Source of the DNA: Botryllus schlosseri
Lineage: Eukaryota
NCBI GenBank assembly: GCA_051294905.1
Contig: CM119378.1
Span: 8,308,001-8,372,000 of the forward strand
Reading direction: 5' to 3'
Length of the DNA stretch: 64,000 bases
In this document: positions 35,801-46,408 of the stretch, one piece after another
Numbering within the stretch: position 1 is the stretch's first letter
How the letters are laid out: every line of letters begins with the position of its first letter
Translations under genes and position numbers: made by a program
Notes under the pieces: model-generated
Databases searched by the model: none
Seen by the model: only the letters and a program-made list of their open reading frames with translations
What the model was told of the DNA's origin: nothing

Positions 35801-38800
35801 GATTTGCCGATGATGATAACTCTGCTTATTACAGTGGCAGGATCGTAGACAACATGCTGCTGTTTCATTCAACAAATTGACAATTTATTGACAATTGACA
35901 GCTTATAACGCGTTTTCGCATTGTGATGCAACAGATAGCGCCACTTGATTGAAAACTCGGGACACATCGACTAAACATCGCGTAACCTTTTCCACCTTGA
36001 TGCGTCGCGATTAGCAGTATTTAATCACACGATTAGCATTCTTCCGGATCAGCTAAATTTATTATCTCCGCCCTAACAAGACAACGCGACGTTCCAGCCT
36101 ACCTCATGTTCACGTGCAGTCTTTACTAAGGGTTTGTACGTTCAACATGCCGCCAGAGTTCAAAGAACTTGTTGACAACTTTGATCGATCACATGCAGAT
36201 CTTACTTCACAAGTTATCGAAGTACATGACGTTAATAAATTCTTCGACTACTGCTTTTGGTCTCCATGCTTTACGCTTAAAGTTTACATTAAATACGATT
36301 TATTCCTTGTATATAGGAAGGGTTGCATTTACAACAAATGGTTGTTTAAAACACGATTAACGAAGGCCTTTTTAAAAAATGGTGTTTTTTCAAGTGGCAA
36401 AATCATGCCATAATTGTGTAAATACTTTTCAAAAAACGTGTTGTATGAGCCTAAGGACAATTCCCACCCGATATATAGCCGACGTATGCAATATGGGATG
36501 GTTGGAACCTCACAGTCGGTTCAACAGCTATAGTACGTTGTACGTAGATATTTCGTCAAAGGAGCTACATTTACCCTATAATTTCAACTGTCAATGTCAA
36601 TCCACTATGTGATGACTTAAAAAAAACATGTTTTAGACAACGGCCTTGTTTTGAACATGTTTGTTTTGAATTGATTTTTGTTTTAAATGCAACAGTATAT
36701 ATAGGTGGATAGATACGCGAACTATCGATACAGGAATCCGGCCCGCCAAATACTTCATTTTCCCATATCCGGCCCGCCGACTGGAGAAGCTGCCCCCTGC
36801 TGTAAACGATAGTAGCAGTCAAAGCCTGGGAGGCTGGCAATTTTAGCATTTCAAAATGCTTTCTTTCGCGTTCTTCCTATATCACAAATCAGATCGCGAC
36901 TGCGATGACTAGGGTTGGATTATCCGGATAACGGTTAACCGGTTAACCGGTTAACCGCAGGTATTTTCACTATCTGATATCCGGATATTTTTCTGCCGAT
37001 TAACCGGATAAAAAAGAATCGTTTCTAATGCATTTCACACGTTTTAGTAAGCTTCAATAGGTCGTATTCAGTGTTGGCGCGGCCGATTAACGAGAAGCGT
37101 GTTGCCAATTAGCGAGATGCGTCTGTACACATTGCACAATGTAGTGACGCGATCTCCTGCTGAGAAGATCGTTAAATTAGGTCATTGATTGCCGCGCGCT
37201 CGGCTATCGTCTCTGGCCTGATTTATCGCGTCTTCAACAAGCCGATAGTGCCACTGGATTGAAGAATCGCATCTGCAATAGGCCATGTGCATGTGCAGTG
37301 TACACACTATTCCATCGCTGGCCTGCACAATCGCATCTTCATTGGCTTGGCGCTCACGATATTATCGTTGACCTACACAATCGCATCTGCAATAGGCCTA
37401 CGAACGATATAATCGCTGGCCTAACCATCTCGGACCCAGCATGCATTGGCTCCTATCTCTCGATGGCTTGTTGACGATATGCCGTTTAGTGTATTCTAAT
37501 TAGTGATTCTGAGAGTGACACCGCGAAACTGAATGACATCGAATGTTCGCAAAAATGTGCGTGCGTGCAAGCGTAATTGATTTCCGCTGATGATTAATTC
37601 GAAAAAAAATCGAAACCCACTGATTTTATATCAATCCCCCTACATTTTCGGCTGGCTGCGTGCCTGATAACGTGAATTAGAGCGAGGTATCATGTCGGCA
37701 TCAATTCCAGTATGAACTATTAGTCGTCCTTCTAGTACTCCAAACATAAGGATGGTCAAAAGGATGTAAAGCCGTTGAAGTTTCCGGGGTACGACCTGCC
37801 AACCTTTTGACTCTCTACGAAGCGCTGCTTTCTATTCAGCCCACTTCTGTGGAAGCTGAAAAAGCATTCAATGAACGTGGACTCTTTGTTACAAAATTCC
37901 GGTCCCGGCTACAGGATTCCACAATTGATGCATCTGTGCTTCAAAAAGAGGGCATTGCAGAAGCAGTGAACATTAAATTTGCGTGGTCTTTCTCGTATTC
38001 GCTCATACTGCGCGCGTAGGTAGGTACTCTACAATCTGTGTAATGATTTTGCGATCCGTTTTACATGCAGACCTAATGAAATCGATTGTCTCACTTGGCA
38101 GTTATTATCCGGTTAGATAAATTCCAAAATATCCGGATATATCCGTTATCCGGATAGTGAAAATTATTGATATCCGAACTAACCCTAGCGATGACCCCTG
38201 ATATAGTACAAAACGAGCCAAGCTTGGTGTACAGACGTTCACCATTCTCGTGGTTATGGGAATGCACTGTAATTTCATATGAACTGATTTTTGATGTATT
38301 TATTTCATGTTCACAATCTCATTCATTTTCCAAAGTCTTTGCGAATTCAGTAATTCTAATTCTAATCTAATTTGGAAAAAGATGTGTAGCTCTAATTCTA
38401 ATCTAATTTGGAAAAAAACTGATGCTCAATTCTAATTCTAATCCCAATCGGAAAAGCTGAAAATTTTCTAGTTGTCCCAGTCTGGTTATGACTAATTTCA
38501 AGAATTACCTCGCGGGCCACACAAAACCTTCTCGCGGGCTACATTTGGCCTGCGGGCCACGGGTTGGCCGCCCCTGATCTATACCGTTACTGATAACAGT
38601 GATTGATGGTACATAAAAATCCTAGTTTAGTTATTATTCGTAACTGAAAGATACCTTTGTTGCTTTCCTAATAAAGTTGGAGTCGGAGTCAGGGTCATTT
38701 TCACAACTCCGACTCCACCCAGTCAGTATTTTTTCCACGACTCCGACTCCAGCTACTCTAGTTTTCATATGCATATAACAGACGATTTAAACTAGACTAT

Positions 38801-39594
38801 TTATCACATATACGGAAAACGAACTTTGAGATCGGTATAGGCCTACGGCCTATACGGTAAACTCCTCAATTCAGTTTAGGGTTTGATCTCAAACATCGTT
38901 TTGCAACTACTTGCTTTCACGTAACTTGCTGGTCAAATTGACCCGCTTCCCAAGCCGGTTTAGTCATCGCCAACTTGCTACTTATTTACTCACGATAGCT
39001 TAATTTTTACGCCAATATAAATGGAGCTTATGAGGTCAATAATAATTAATTTCTACTCCCACGGGCGCAGCCAACGTGCAGTGAAATTTGTCGAACTTCT
39101 AATTCGTAAATTGCAACGTCATCCGTTTCATTAGGCCACGATGTGTATTCGTTACGTCGCTATTGCGGGGATTTAGTCCCTCTCAAATTTTTATCCGCCT
39201 AGACCTGCATCAGCGACATGTATAATATAATACGACGGGGACCCAGATAACGAGGCCCTAATATAGATATATATATTATATATATAAGTTACGAAGACAC
39301 AGCGCTCATACCTGATCTGGGAAATTGGGGAAAACCGATTATAACAAACATTGGTACATCCTGGTGTAAGCGTGTTGCATATAAATTGGCTCTGTTCATC
39401 GCTATACACCGTGTCGCCAATACTAGCAACGATGATAATCCTGTCAAAACATCACATGTTTAATTGCACACGCTCGTGTAAGCGGACCTGAAAGTTTCAT
39501 GCCTGATGAAGAAGAACGTAATCCACAGTTTACCGATGAGAGTTGAGTAATTCGCCACCCCTTCTAGAAGCTTTTCGAAAACGTGCCACGCCAT
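26877..39594 (-). CDS. Connexin paralogue B, 9 coding exons, 375 aa. Exons: 39503-39594, 39312-39440, 33909-34039, 33449-33580, 29694-29808, 28290-28425, 27961-28053, 27766-27887, 26877-27054
   Basis: Same exon structure and phases as A, all exons open (1128 nt including stop). Length differences are in-frame: 3-nt deletion in exon 1 (FFFIR vs FFFIFR) and 9-nt deletion in exon 4. All six extracellular Cys are kept ([12 protein letters not shown]; [12 protein letters not shown]). Confidence 0.92.
28843..29626. mobile_element. hAT-like MITE, specific to connexin B intron 5
   Basis: Ends CAGTGGTTCTCAACC / GGTCAAGAAACACTG; flanks ATTAAAAT/ACTTAAAT (6/8); absent from A at approx. 3970-3985. Confidence 0.7.
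29904..31223. mobile_element. hAT-like element with internal hAT fragments, specific to connexin B intron 4
   Basis: Ends CAGACCTGGGCAA / TTGCCCACCCCTG; TSD GGTTAGAC/GATTAGAC (7/8); empty site in A at approx. 4248-4262; internal CAGGGGTCGGCAAC at approx. 30397. Confidence 0.8.
31965..32290. mobile_element. Diverged left half of the TAGGG(C/G)T..TCAAAAA MITE family
   Basis: taggggtcttcaaaaatgac...cacaccaaatttggttc..ttc..acc is similar to 40822-41100. Confidence 0.55.
35640..36799. mobile_element. Nested hAT (Charlie-like) element
   Basis: CAGGGGTGGGCAAC / GCTGCCCCCTG ends, GGCCCGC subterminal motifs, flanks CTCTAAAT/CTGTAAAC (6/8). Confidence 0.65.
36910..38187 (+). mobile_element. Nested hAT deletion derivative retaining a transposase dimerisation-domain remnant (37807-37945)
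   Basis: Ends TAGGGTTGGATTATCCGG / TATCCGAACTAACCCTA; exact [51 protein letters not shown] matches the hAT C-terminal dimerisation motif. Confidence 0.9.
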
Positions 39595-40821
39595 GTTGAG
39601 AAGACGAACACTGCAAACTAATCTAGTTATACATTTTGAGCCACCTTATATCCGAGAGAGCTATGCAAAAACGATTAGGCTGTAGTTTCTTCATCTTATC
39701 TCAATCGAAGGGCGTTTTGCCCTTAAACGTGATTGCTCAAAATGGTCACCGCTCACGCTCAGTTACATAATCGCTCAATTTTGTTCGCCCTTACAGTATG
39801 CCCCTGTCAGAGACGGGAACAAACACCTGACTATCACCTTTGTCCTGAGCAACAGGCTTGTAGCCTTCATGGAACGCATGTGGGATGTTGTATCCGATAT
39901 GTTCCAAGTTAGTAGGCAAGTGTCTCGTGTCTCGTGCATTGTCCGATTTACCTGAATACAGGCCTGGAAATATTGTGTCACAAAAGCTCCTGTCACTGTT
40001 AGCCTCGTCCAGTCGATGTCATGTTCTGCCTTCAGCACTTTTAGCCGCGAGACGGCGGTTAAGATTGTCTACAAATAGGTCCCGCGCTGTGTGACACGAC
40101 TCATCGTACTATTCTTCTGGACTAGTCGACTATATATCGCAATACCCAGTAGCCTACCCCAACTGAACCGACGGCTAATCGTCCATAAGTTGACTTGAAC
40201 TGGCCGTTTCGCTCTCATTTCACATCTGTACTGCCAATCAGCAAATCCACATTTGTCAGACACTCACAATCACAATCCCAGACATCGCAGGATTTTTCAA
40301 GGCGCCTCGTTTGATTGCTTCAAATATAAGTATTCGTGATAACACGGCTGTTTTGGCCATCAATGGTTGCAAGCAATGAGGCCCGATTAGCAATCGAATG
40401 GTGACTGTTGTAGTTATATACGGACAAGCATGCTATTCTCTCTGTACACTGTGTACAGGTACTACGTACTAGTCATATTTAGATATGTTTCAAGACTAGT
40501 ATCTTGATACAACCACATACAAATGTTATTACCCCGGAGAGCATATACAATACATAATAGTAGGCCTACAAAACAACAATAGTTGATGAACAAAATTGGT
40601 GATAACTGAGCTTGGCATGTAGTGGGAAAGACTGGAATCACGATGAAAATACATTGAAATCTTGTAACCAAATCTGAGTTGAGTGGCATATCGCGACCGG
40701 GCGACCCAAGCCTCACACATCACGAAGAATGCATTTTAATATTCGTATGCTACGGTTTTACGGGTATGTCTACAATAGACATAGAGAACGCGCATACGAC
40801 AGTTGTGCAATGTACGTACAA

Positions 40822-41439
40822 TAGGGCTGTTCAAAAATAACTTTTTTTTCCTGATTCCAGCCATTCACTGATTAAATTGTCAGGTTGCCACAACAAAGGG
40901 AGCACACCAAATTTGGTTCAATTCGAACATGTCTAAGCGTCCGCAGAGCCAATTAAAATTTTTAATTTAATACGTAAAATTAAAAAAAAAAAATTTCAAA
41001 TTTTTCTCTCAACCCCATGAAAATGTTGAGATGTCTTCAAAGACCATGCAAATGAAATTTGAGTCAATTCCAACCAGTAGAAACGGAGTTATTTGAGTTT
41101 TTCGTTGATAATTCTCGGATTATCCACCAATCAAGGATAATTGGAGAATTATCAACGAAAAACTCCAATAACTCCACTTCTACTAGTCCGAATTGAGTCA
41201 AATTTTATTTGGATCGTCTCTGAAGACAGCTCAACAATTTCATGGGGTTGACAGAAAAATTTGAAAAAATTTTTTTTTCAATTTTCCTGTATAAATTAAA
41301 AATTTTAATTGGATCCGCGGAGCCCTATACTTGTTAGAATTGAACCAAATTTGGTGTGCAGCCTTTTTTAAGGTAACCTGACGATTTAATCACTGAATGG
41401 CTGGAATCCGGAAAAAAAAGTTATTTTTGAACAGCCCTA
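40822..41439. mobile_element. Complete palindromic MITE (TIR TAGGGCTGTTCAAAAATAAC), hAT-like
   Basis: Both ends intact, long internal inverted symmetry, TSD ACGTACAA/ACGTACAG (7/8). Confidence 0.88.
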
Positions 41440-42064
41440 ACGTACAGTCGTACATGTACGTACAGGTACAATTGTACATTGTACACGTACAGTACACGCA
41501 ACGCAGCTCTATGAAACATTTCTGTTGCACGCTATATCAAATTGGGGTGCGGGTCGCGTTAGCACATCTGTCTTCTTAGATTGCAAGAAGTGTGTCGGTG
41601 TCGACGACCGGACGTATCATTATCCGCGGTTTTGGCCAACCGGTGCGGACATTTTGGCCACACCGCGGATATTGTTGGCATAATTGCATTTTGCCTAGAT
41701 GTATTTTGGCCAAAACTTCACGTCTTCACGTGTTCCGGCGCGGAATAAGGGGTTGGCCTCGAATTACCTGTGTATCATAGTACCTCAGACCGCTTGTTGC
41801 ACACAGCTACACTAAAGCATCGCAATAGTATCAAATGGTTTTTTCCAGTCAAATATTTTAATGTCACACTTATTCGCTATTAACCAACACAATCACTTCG
41901 TTTCCATGCACGGCCGACGGACGGCCGAAAGGCCATGACGCATGCGTTGTACTTGTGGGCCGTGTTTCCGCGACCAGGCGTAATCCGACCGTGACTTGGC
42001 AGAATTAGGTGGGCGAAGCGTTCACGATGACGTTTTTGGCTTACTTACTCTGTAATAATAATAA

Positions 42065-42375
42065 ATCCACCAATCAAGGATAATCTGAGAATTATCAACG
42101 AAAAACTTAAACAACTTCGCTTTTACAAGTTGGAATAGAGTCAAATTTATTTTGCATCTTCTTTGAAGACAGCTTTAGCAATTTCATGGGGTTGACAGAA
42201 AAATTTGAATTTATCTTTTAATTTTCCCTGATGAATTAAAAATTTTAATTGGATCTGCGGAGTAGATCTTGGATCTGCGCAATACTTGTTAGAATTGAAC
42301 CAAATTTGGTGTGCAGCGTTTTTCAGGGTAACCTGCCAATTAAACAGTGAATGCCTGGAATCCAGAAAAAAAGAA
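42065..42375. mobile_element. Truncated right half of the same TAGGGCTG MITE family
   Basis: ccaccaatcaaggataat...gttagaattgaaccaaatttggtgtgcagc...ctggaatcc matches 41125-41410. Confidence 0.7.
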
Positions 42376-43061
42376 AAACAATGGAGGCGTTCTGCCCCAC
42401 CCATGTCGCAAAACGTCAAATTGATGGACAATGGACTTGGACAATATGGACATAGATGAATGATAATTTTACATATGATAATTGATACTTGGACTCTCCA
42501 GGCGATCGTGGTAGAGTGGGGACGATATTTCGCGCCTTAAGTTAGAAAATCAATCCGTTTCGACCAGGGATATCTAGAAACTAGTTTCGACTAGTTTGGT
42601 GGATATTATGACGTTTCCCGCTTAGGGTAGGCGACAGGCGTGTTGCCCACTGTACCGTATTTTCGGTCCCAGTGTCTCATCGGTAACACATCTCCCCGCC
42701 TACGTTACTTGCAATTATAGGCCTACACAAAACAACAATATGTCAAATATGTTTACTGCAGCAGCCCTTTGCCGTCTGGACCCCGCATATAGTTGCTTTT
42801 TAATAATTTTACGCAATTATTGCTATTTTCACACCCATATTTTCGAAATACATTTTTATTGCAAAACGGTCATTGCCGCAGGCTTCTTGGATAAAGCAAA
42901 CGAAACGAACAAGTGAAAGCAATGATATATATAAATCAGGGGTCGCCAACTCAAAACGGGTCGCGGGCCACGTTTCAAAATTTGTAGAGGCCGCGGGCCG
43001 CATGAGTTCGCTGTCGAGATAAAATCAGTCACGCAGTTTAACCTTGGATTAAGAATTTAAC

Positions 43062-43101
43062 CATAGCAATTTACAGCGTAGCTACGCTGTAAATTGCTAT
43101 G
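43062..43101. repeat. Perfect 40-bp palindrome CATAGCAATTTACAGCGTAG|CTACGCTGTAAATTGCTATG
   Basis: Zero-loop inverted repeat; a near-identical copy lies at 58276-58317. Confidence 0.9.
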
Positions 43102-43384
43102 ATTTAACAATCACAATTTGAAAACTTTGCTCTCTGATATGGGCGAAGAGCATATATAGTTACCACAAAAGAAATAATCTTATTAAAGACATTCAAATAC
43201 AACAAAAAATATCATTATCATCACTTCCATAATAATTTGAACTATGAGCGCTGAGCAGCGTGCGATAACTGGCAACACTTTTCAGACTAAACAATCGATA
43301 TAGCTCAGTGAGCTACACACGGTAACCTGCCATGTAAATCAAAAGCGCACAAGTACAACACACGCGCGTCCACGTCGTCCAAAT

Positions 43385-43733
43385 ATCATATGATCGACCG
43401 AAAAGATCATCGCTCTATCAAATATGCCGGACCTGATGTGTGGAATAGTATCCTGCCGGCCATCCGACAGTCGACGAGCATGTCCACATTCAAGTCGAAA
43501 TACAAGCAATTACTACTAAATAAATACAGTCCATCCTCAAGATTACCGGACCACGACTGACCTATCGATCTCGCTTCCCATGACATGCCGCCCTATTTCT
43601 TGTCGCTTTCTTTTTCTATACTATCTCCTTTAGGCTACTTTCATTCAGTGTGCACTGCATGCCTCCTCTTTACATCGCCTAGGCCAAGGTGGGTGTCAGA
43701 TTCCATAGTCTGCTCCTTGTCGATGATCTTGAT
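43385..43733 (+). mobile_element. CR1/L2-group LINE 3' end, interrupted by the 43734-45756 element
   Basis: HRSIKYAGPDVWNSILPAIRQSTSMSTFKSKYKQLLLNKY is a typical ORF2 C-terminus, followed by the shared 3' UTR. Confidence 0.8.
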
Positions 43734-45756
43734 CAGTGGTTCCCAACCTTTTTCGGTGGCAGGGCCAAATTTAGAATTTCAGAGTACGGCCGGGGCCGCA
43801 CGAATACCAAGGCAATGGAAGGAATCCAAAATAGTCACCAAAATATGAAAATTGGCATTGTTCCGATCATTCGCTTGACGCCATTGGCCATTGCGTTGCC
43901 GCGCTCCCGTTGTTCAGAACAATCAACCTTTGCTGGCTATTTCGGAGTAGTTTCATTGCCCTGGCGAGATTTCAACTCCTATGTTTGGAATCAGTGCGAC
44001 ACTTGCGCTCGAAAACACCGACATATCAAATTATACGGACGCTTGGGTCGCGAGCTATAGGACTACAAATTATGCTGCTTTTTGCCGGCTAAGCAGTACG
44101 CATCTCGGCGTATTCAATCGTGAGTCACTTGTTGCACATCTATCCGTAAATTAGTTATCAATACCAAGGGCCGTAACAGCACTTCGTCAGCCTCCCCCCC
44201 AAAAAAAAACGTTTCTCTTGGACCCCCCATAGGGTGATAAACAGAACTTCGAAGCCCCCAGACCTCCTCAGGCTAGATGGCTATTTACCGCTATTTATCA
44301 TCTAAATCGGGTGTCCGTTTTAGGCAGCTTCTCTCGACTAATCGCGCGAAGCGCGGAAAATTTATAAAATTCATGATTGAATCGGTCAATATAATCGGGA
44401 ATTGCATATATATTGGTATCAATTTTTATCCTCTCTCTGCTCACGTAATCAGATTGACCGGTTGAGCCGAGTGAGTTGTGTTTAAAAAGGTAGGACCACT
44501 CAATAATAATTAAACATCTTCGGGCGTATACCTGTTGGCAGGAACGAAACCGCACTTCGTTATGCCCCCCAAAACACTTAGGTCTTGAGCTCCCATAGGG
44601 TGATAAACCGACCCCCCGTCCTGTTGTTCGCTTCTGCCACGAAATCAGGATCCCCGTTTAGTGAGCCAGCATGGAGCGCGAAAATTTTCGATAATTCAAA
44701 ATAAAATAGGTCAATAAGATCGGCAATTGCATATATATTGCTATCAATTACTTGTCCTCTCTGCTCACGTAATCAGATTTACCGGTAGAGCTGAATGAGG
44801 TGTCTTGGAAACTGTAGGGCCCGTAAATAATAATTAAACGTATTCGGACGGGCGAACCCGTTGGTACGACTTCGTTACATGATGTTATTTGTTATTTCGT
44901 GACCTCCAGTCTGCTCTATCAAGAAATATAGAATCACGCAAACATACTAAACTAAAAGATGCACACAATTTCCAATTGGTAGTTCTTCACTGGCATATAA
45001 TTTTTCCCTGCGGGATGGTAGCCTATTTGTCTCGTGACGTTCAGATTGCCAAGACAGGAACATTCGGCGCCAGTCATTTAGGCGCCTATGGTCAATTATA
45101 CCAATATGTATTTTGAATATACATAACGAAGTTTTCGGTCAGCGTAAGGGCAGTCCTTTTCGGCCAAGGTCTTCTCGCTGCCGATCGTCCTGGCACGCTT
45201 CCTGGAGTCGCATGTTACATGGCTTAAAACTGTATATGTCTTCGTGCGTCGTGGCGCGGTAATGGCCAACGCCGATATGCCTACTTCTATAAATCTTTGC
45301 GTATTTTATCTTTGTCGAAGAGTACGGAATAATGAAGGTACTTGGAAACTCGAAATCGCGCGCAGCGCGAAAAATCGTTGAAAAAGTTGCATAAAATTTC
45401 ATAAAATTTATGCTAATTCACTAAATAATTTTGGGCCCCCTTCGAGCTCGCTCCCCCCAATTGGGGGGCTTGAGATGTGGCAGTTACGGTCCTGTCAATA
45501 CCTATATCTATAGGTACTGCCCGTTCAACTGGAAAGTTAGGGCACATTGCATTGAAACAGCAGTGACGTAATCTTAGCAGTCTACTCACAACTTTCCTGC
45601 AATCCTAATTGAAAACTCCAGACTCCAAGCCAAGCAAAAGTATTTTATAAATATATTTTTTTTTCATAAATCGATTTCTCAATATTTTTGTGGGGGCCGC
45701 AAGAAGGCTAGCTGGGGGCCGCATGCGGCCCGCAGGGCCGCGGTTGGGAATCACTG
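43734..45756. mobile_element. Middle hAT element of the nest
   Basis: TIR CAGTGGTTCCCAACC / GGTTGGGAATCACTG; exact TSD ATCTTGAT. Confidence 0.9.
44166..45494. mobile_element. Innermost hAT-like element (CAGGGCCGTAAC family) with two internal ~350-bp tandem units
   Basis: Ends AAGGGCCGTAAC / GTTACGGTCCTG; exact TSD TCAATACC; second copy at 56762-58063. Confidence 0.88.
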
Positions 45757-46408
45757 ATCTTGATCTTGTGGGGAAGCCCCAAGTCGTTTTCTAATCGTCT
45801 CGGTCTTGGCGGTGACGGGGCCATGGCAATATACCCATTCATATCAGCTAATTCTTCATCTATAGAAGGGCTACCATGGCCGTGGCTCAGTGGGCCGAAG
45901 CCGTATCAGCTATAGTGAGGAATACTGATGTTGGTCACTCATTTTGAACAAACGGAAATATTTTTAAACTGGAATCAATTTCAGCATTTCAAAATGCTTT
46001 ACTTATCGTTCTTCCGAAATCTCAAATCGGGTCGCGGGCCGCAAAATATGATCACGAGGGGGCATGCGGCCCGCGAGTTGGTGACCCCTGATATAAATCA
46101 TTGAGCGAAAGTCACTCACAGCAAGATATCTAGCGCCAACGCGCGGGAAAAAGTGTCAAAAGTCGATGTCAAACATAAACAAAACATCCTGAATTGAAGA
46201 TACACCCGGTAAAGACAATTATTCACTAATGAGGTGATACGGGCGACACGTCGCTGTCAGTGTATGCTTGGGGGCGAAGGGTGAAGATGAAAGAAAGGTC
46301 AGTTGAAATACTTGTTAAATCAGATAACTCTTATCTTTCTCTATGTGTTAGGTTAATAAGTTGCACTATTATTATACCGAACCCATTACGTTTTAGGTCA
46401 TCACATTA

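Larger units (their letters stand above)
34936..38484. mobile_element. hAT-like (TCTAAT-repeat) MITE expanded by nested insertions, connexin B intron 2
   Basis: Ends CAGACTTGGACAACTAG / CTAGTTGTCCCAGTCTG; TSD GTTATAAC/GTTATGAC (7/8); TCTAAT repeats inside both ends. Confidence 0.8.
25466..39800. repeat. Tandem segmental duplication: approx. 25466-39800 is a diverged copy of approx. 14-21600 (whole connexin gene plus flanks)
   Basis: Collinear matching blocks from ctagacatataaggaactata (approx. 20 and 25470) through all exons and most introns to the upstream region (ccttaaacgtgattgctcaa at approx. 21517 and 39722). Each copy has its own TE insertions. Confidence 0.9.
42937..46090. mobile_element. 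Outer hAT element of a nested cluster
   Basis: TIR CAGGGGTCGCCAACTC / GAGTTGGTGACCCCTG; exact TSD ATATAAAT. Confidence 0.9.

Noticed and set aside
36114-36413. 99-aa ORF inside a hAT element as a transposase
   Set aside because: No hAT motif recognised; probably chance or captured sequence.
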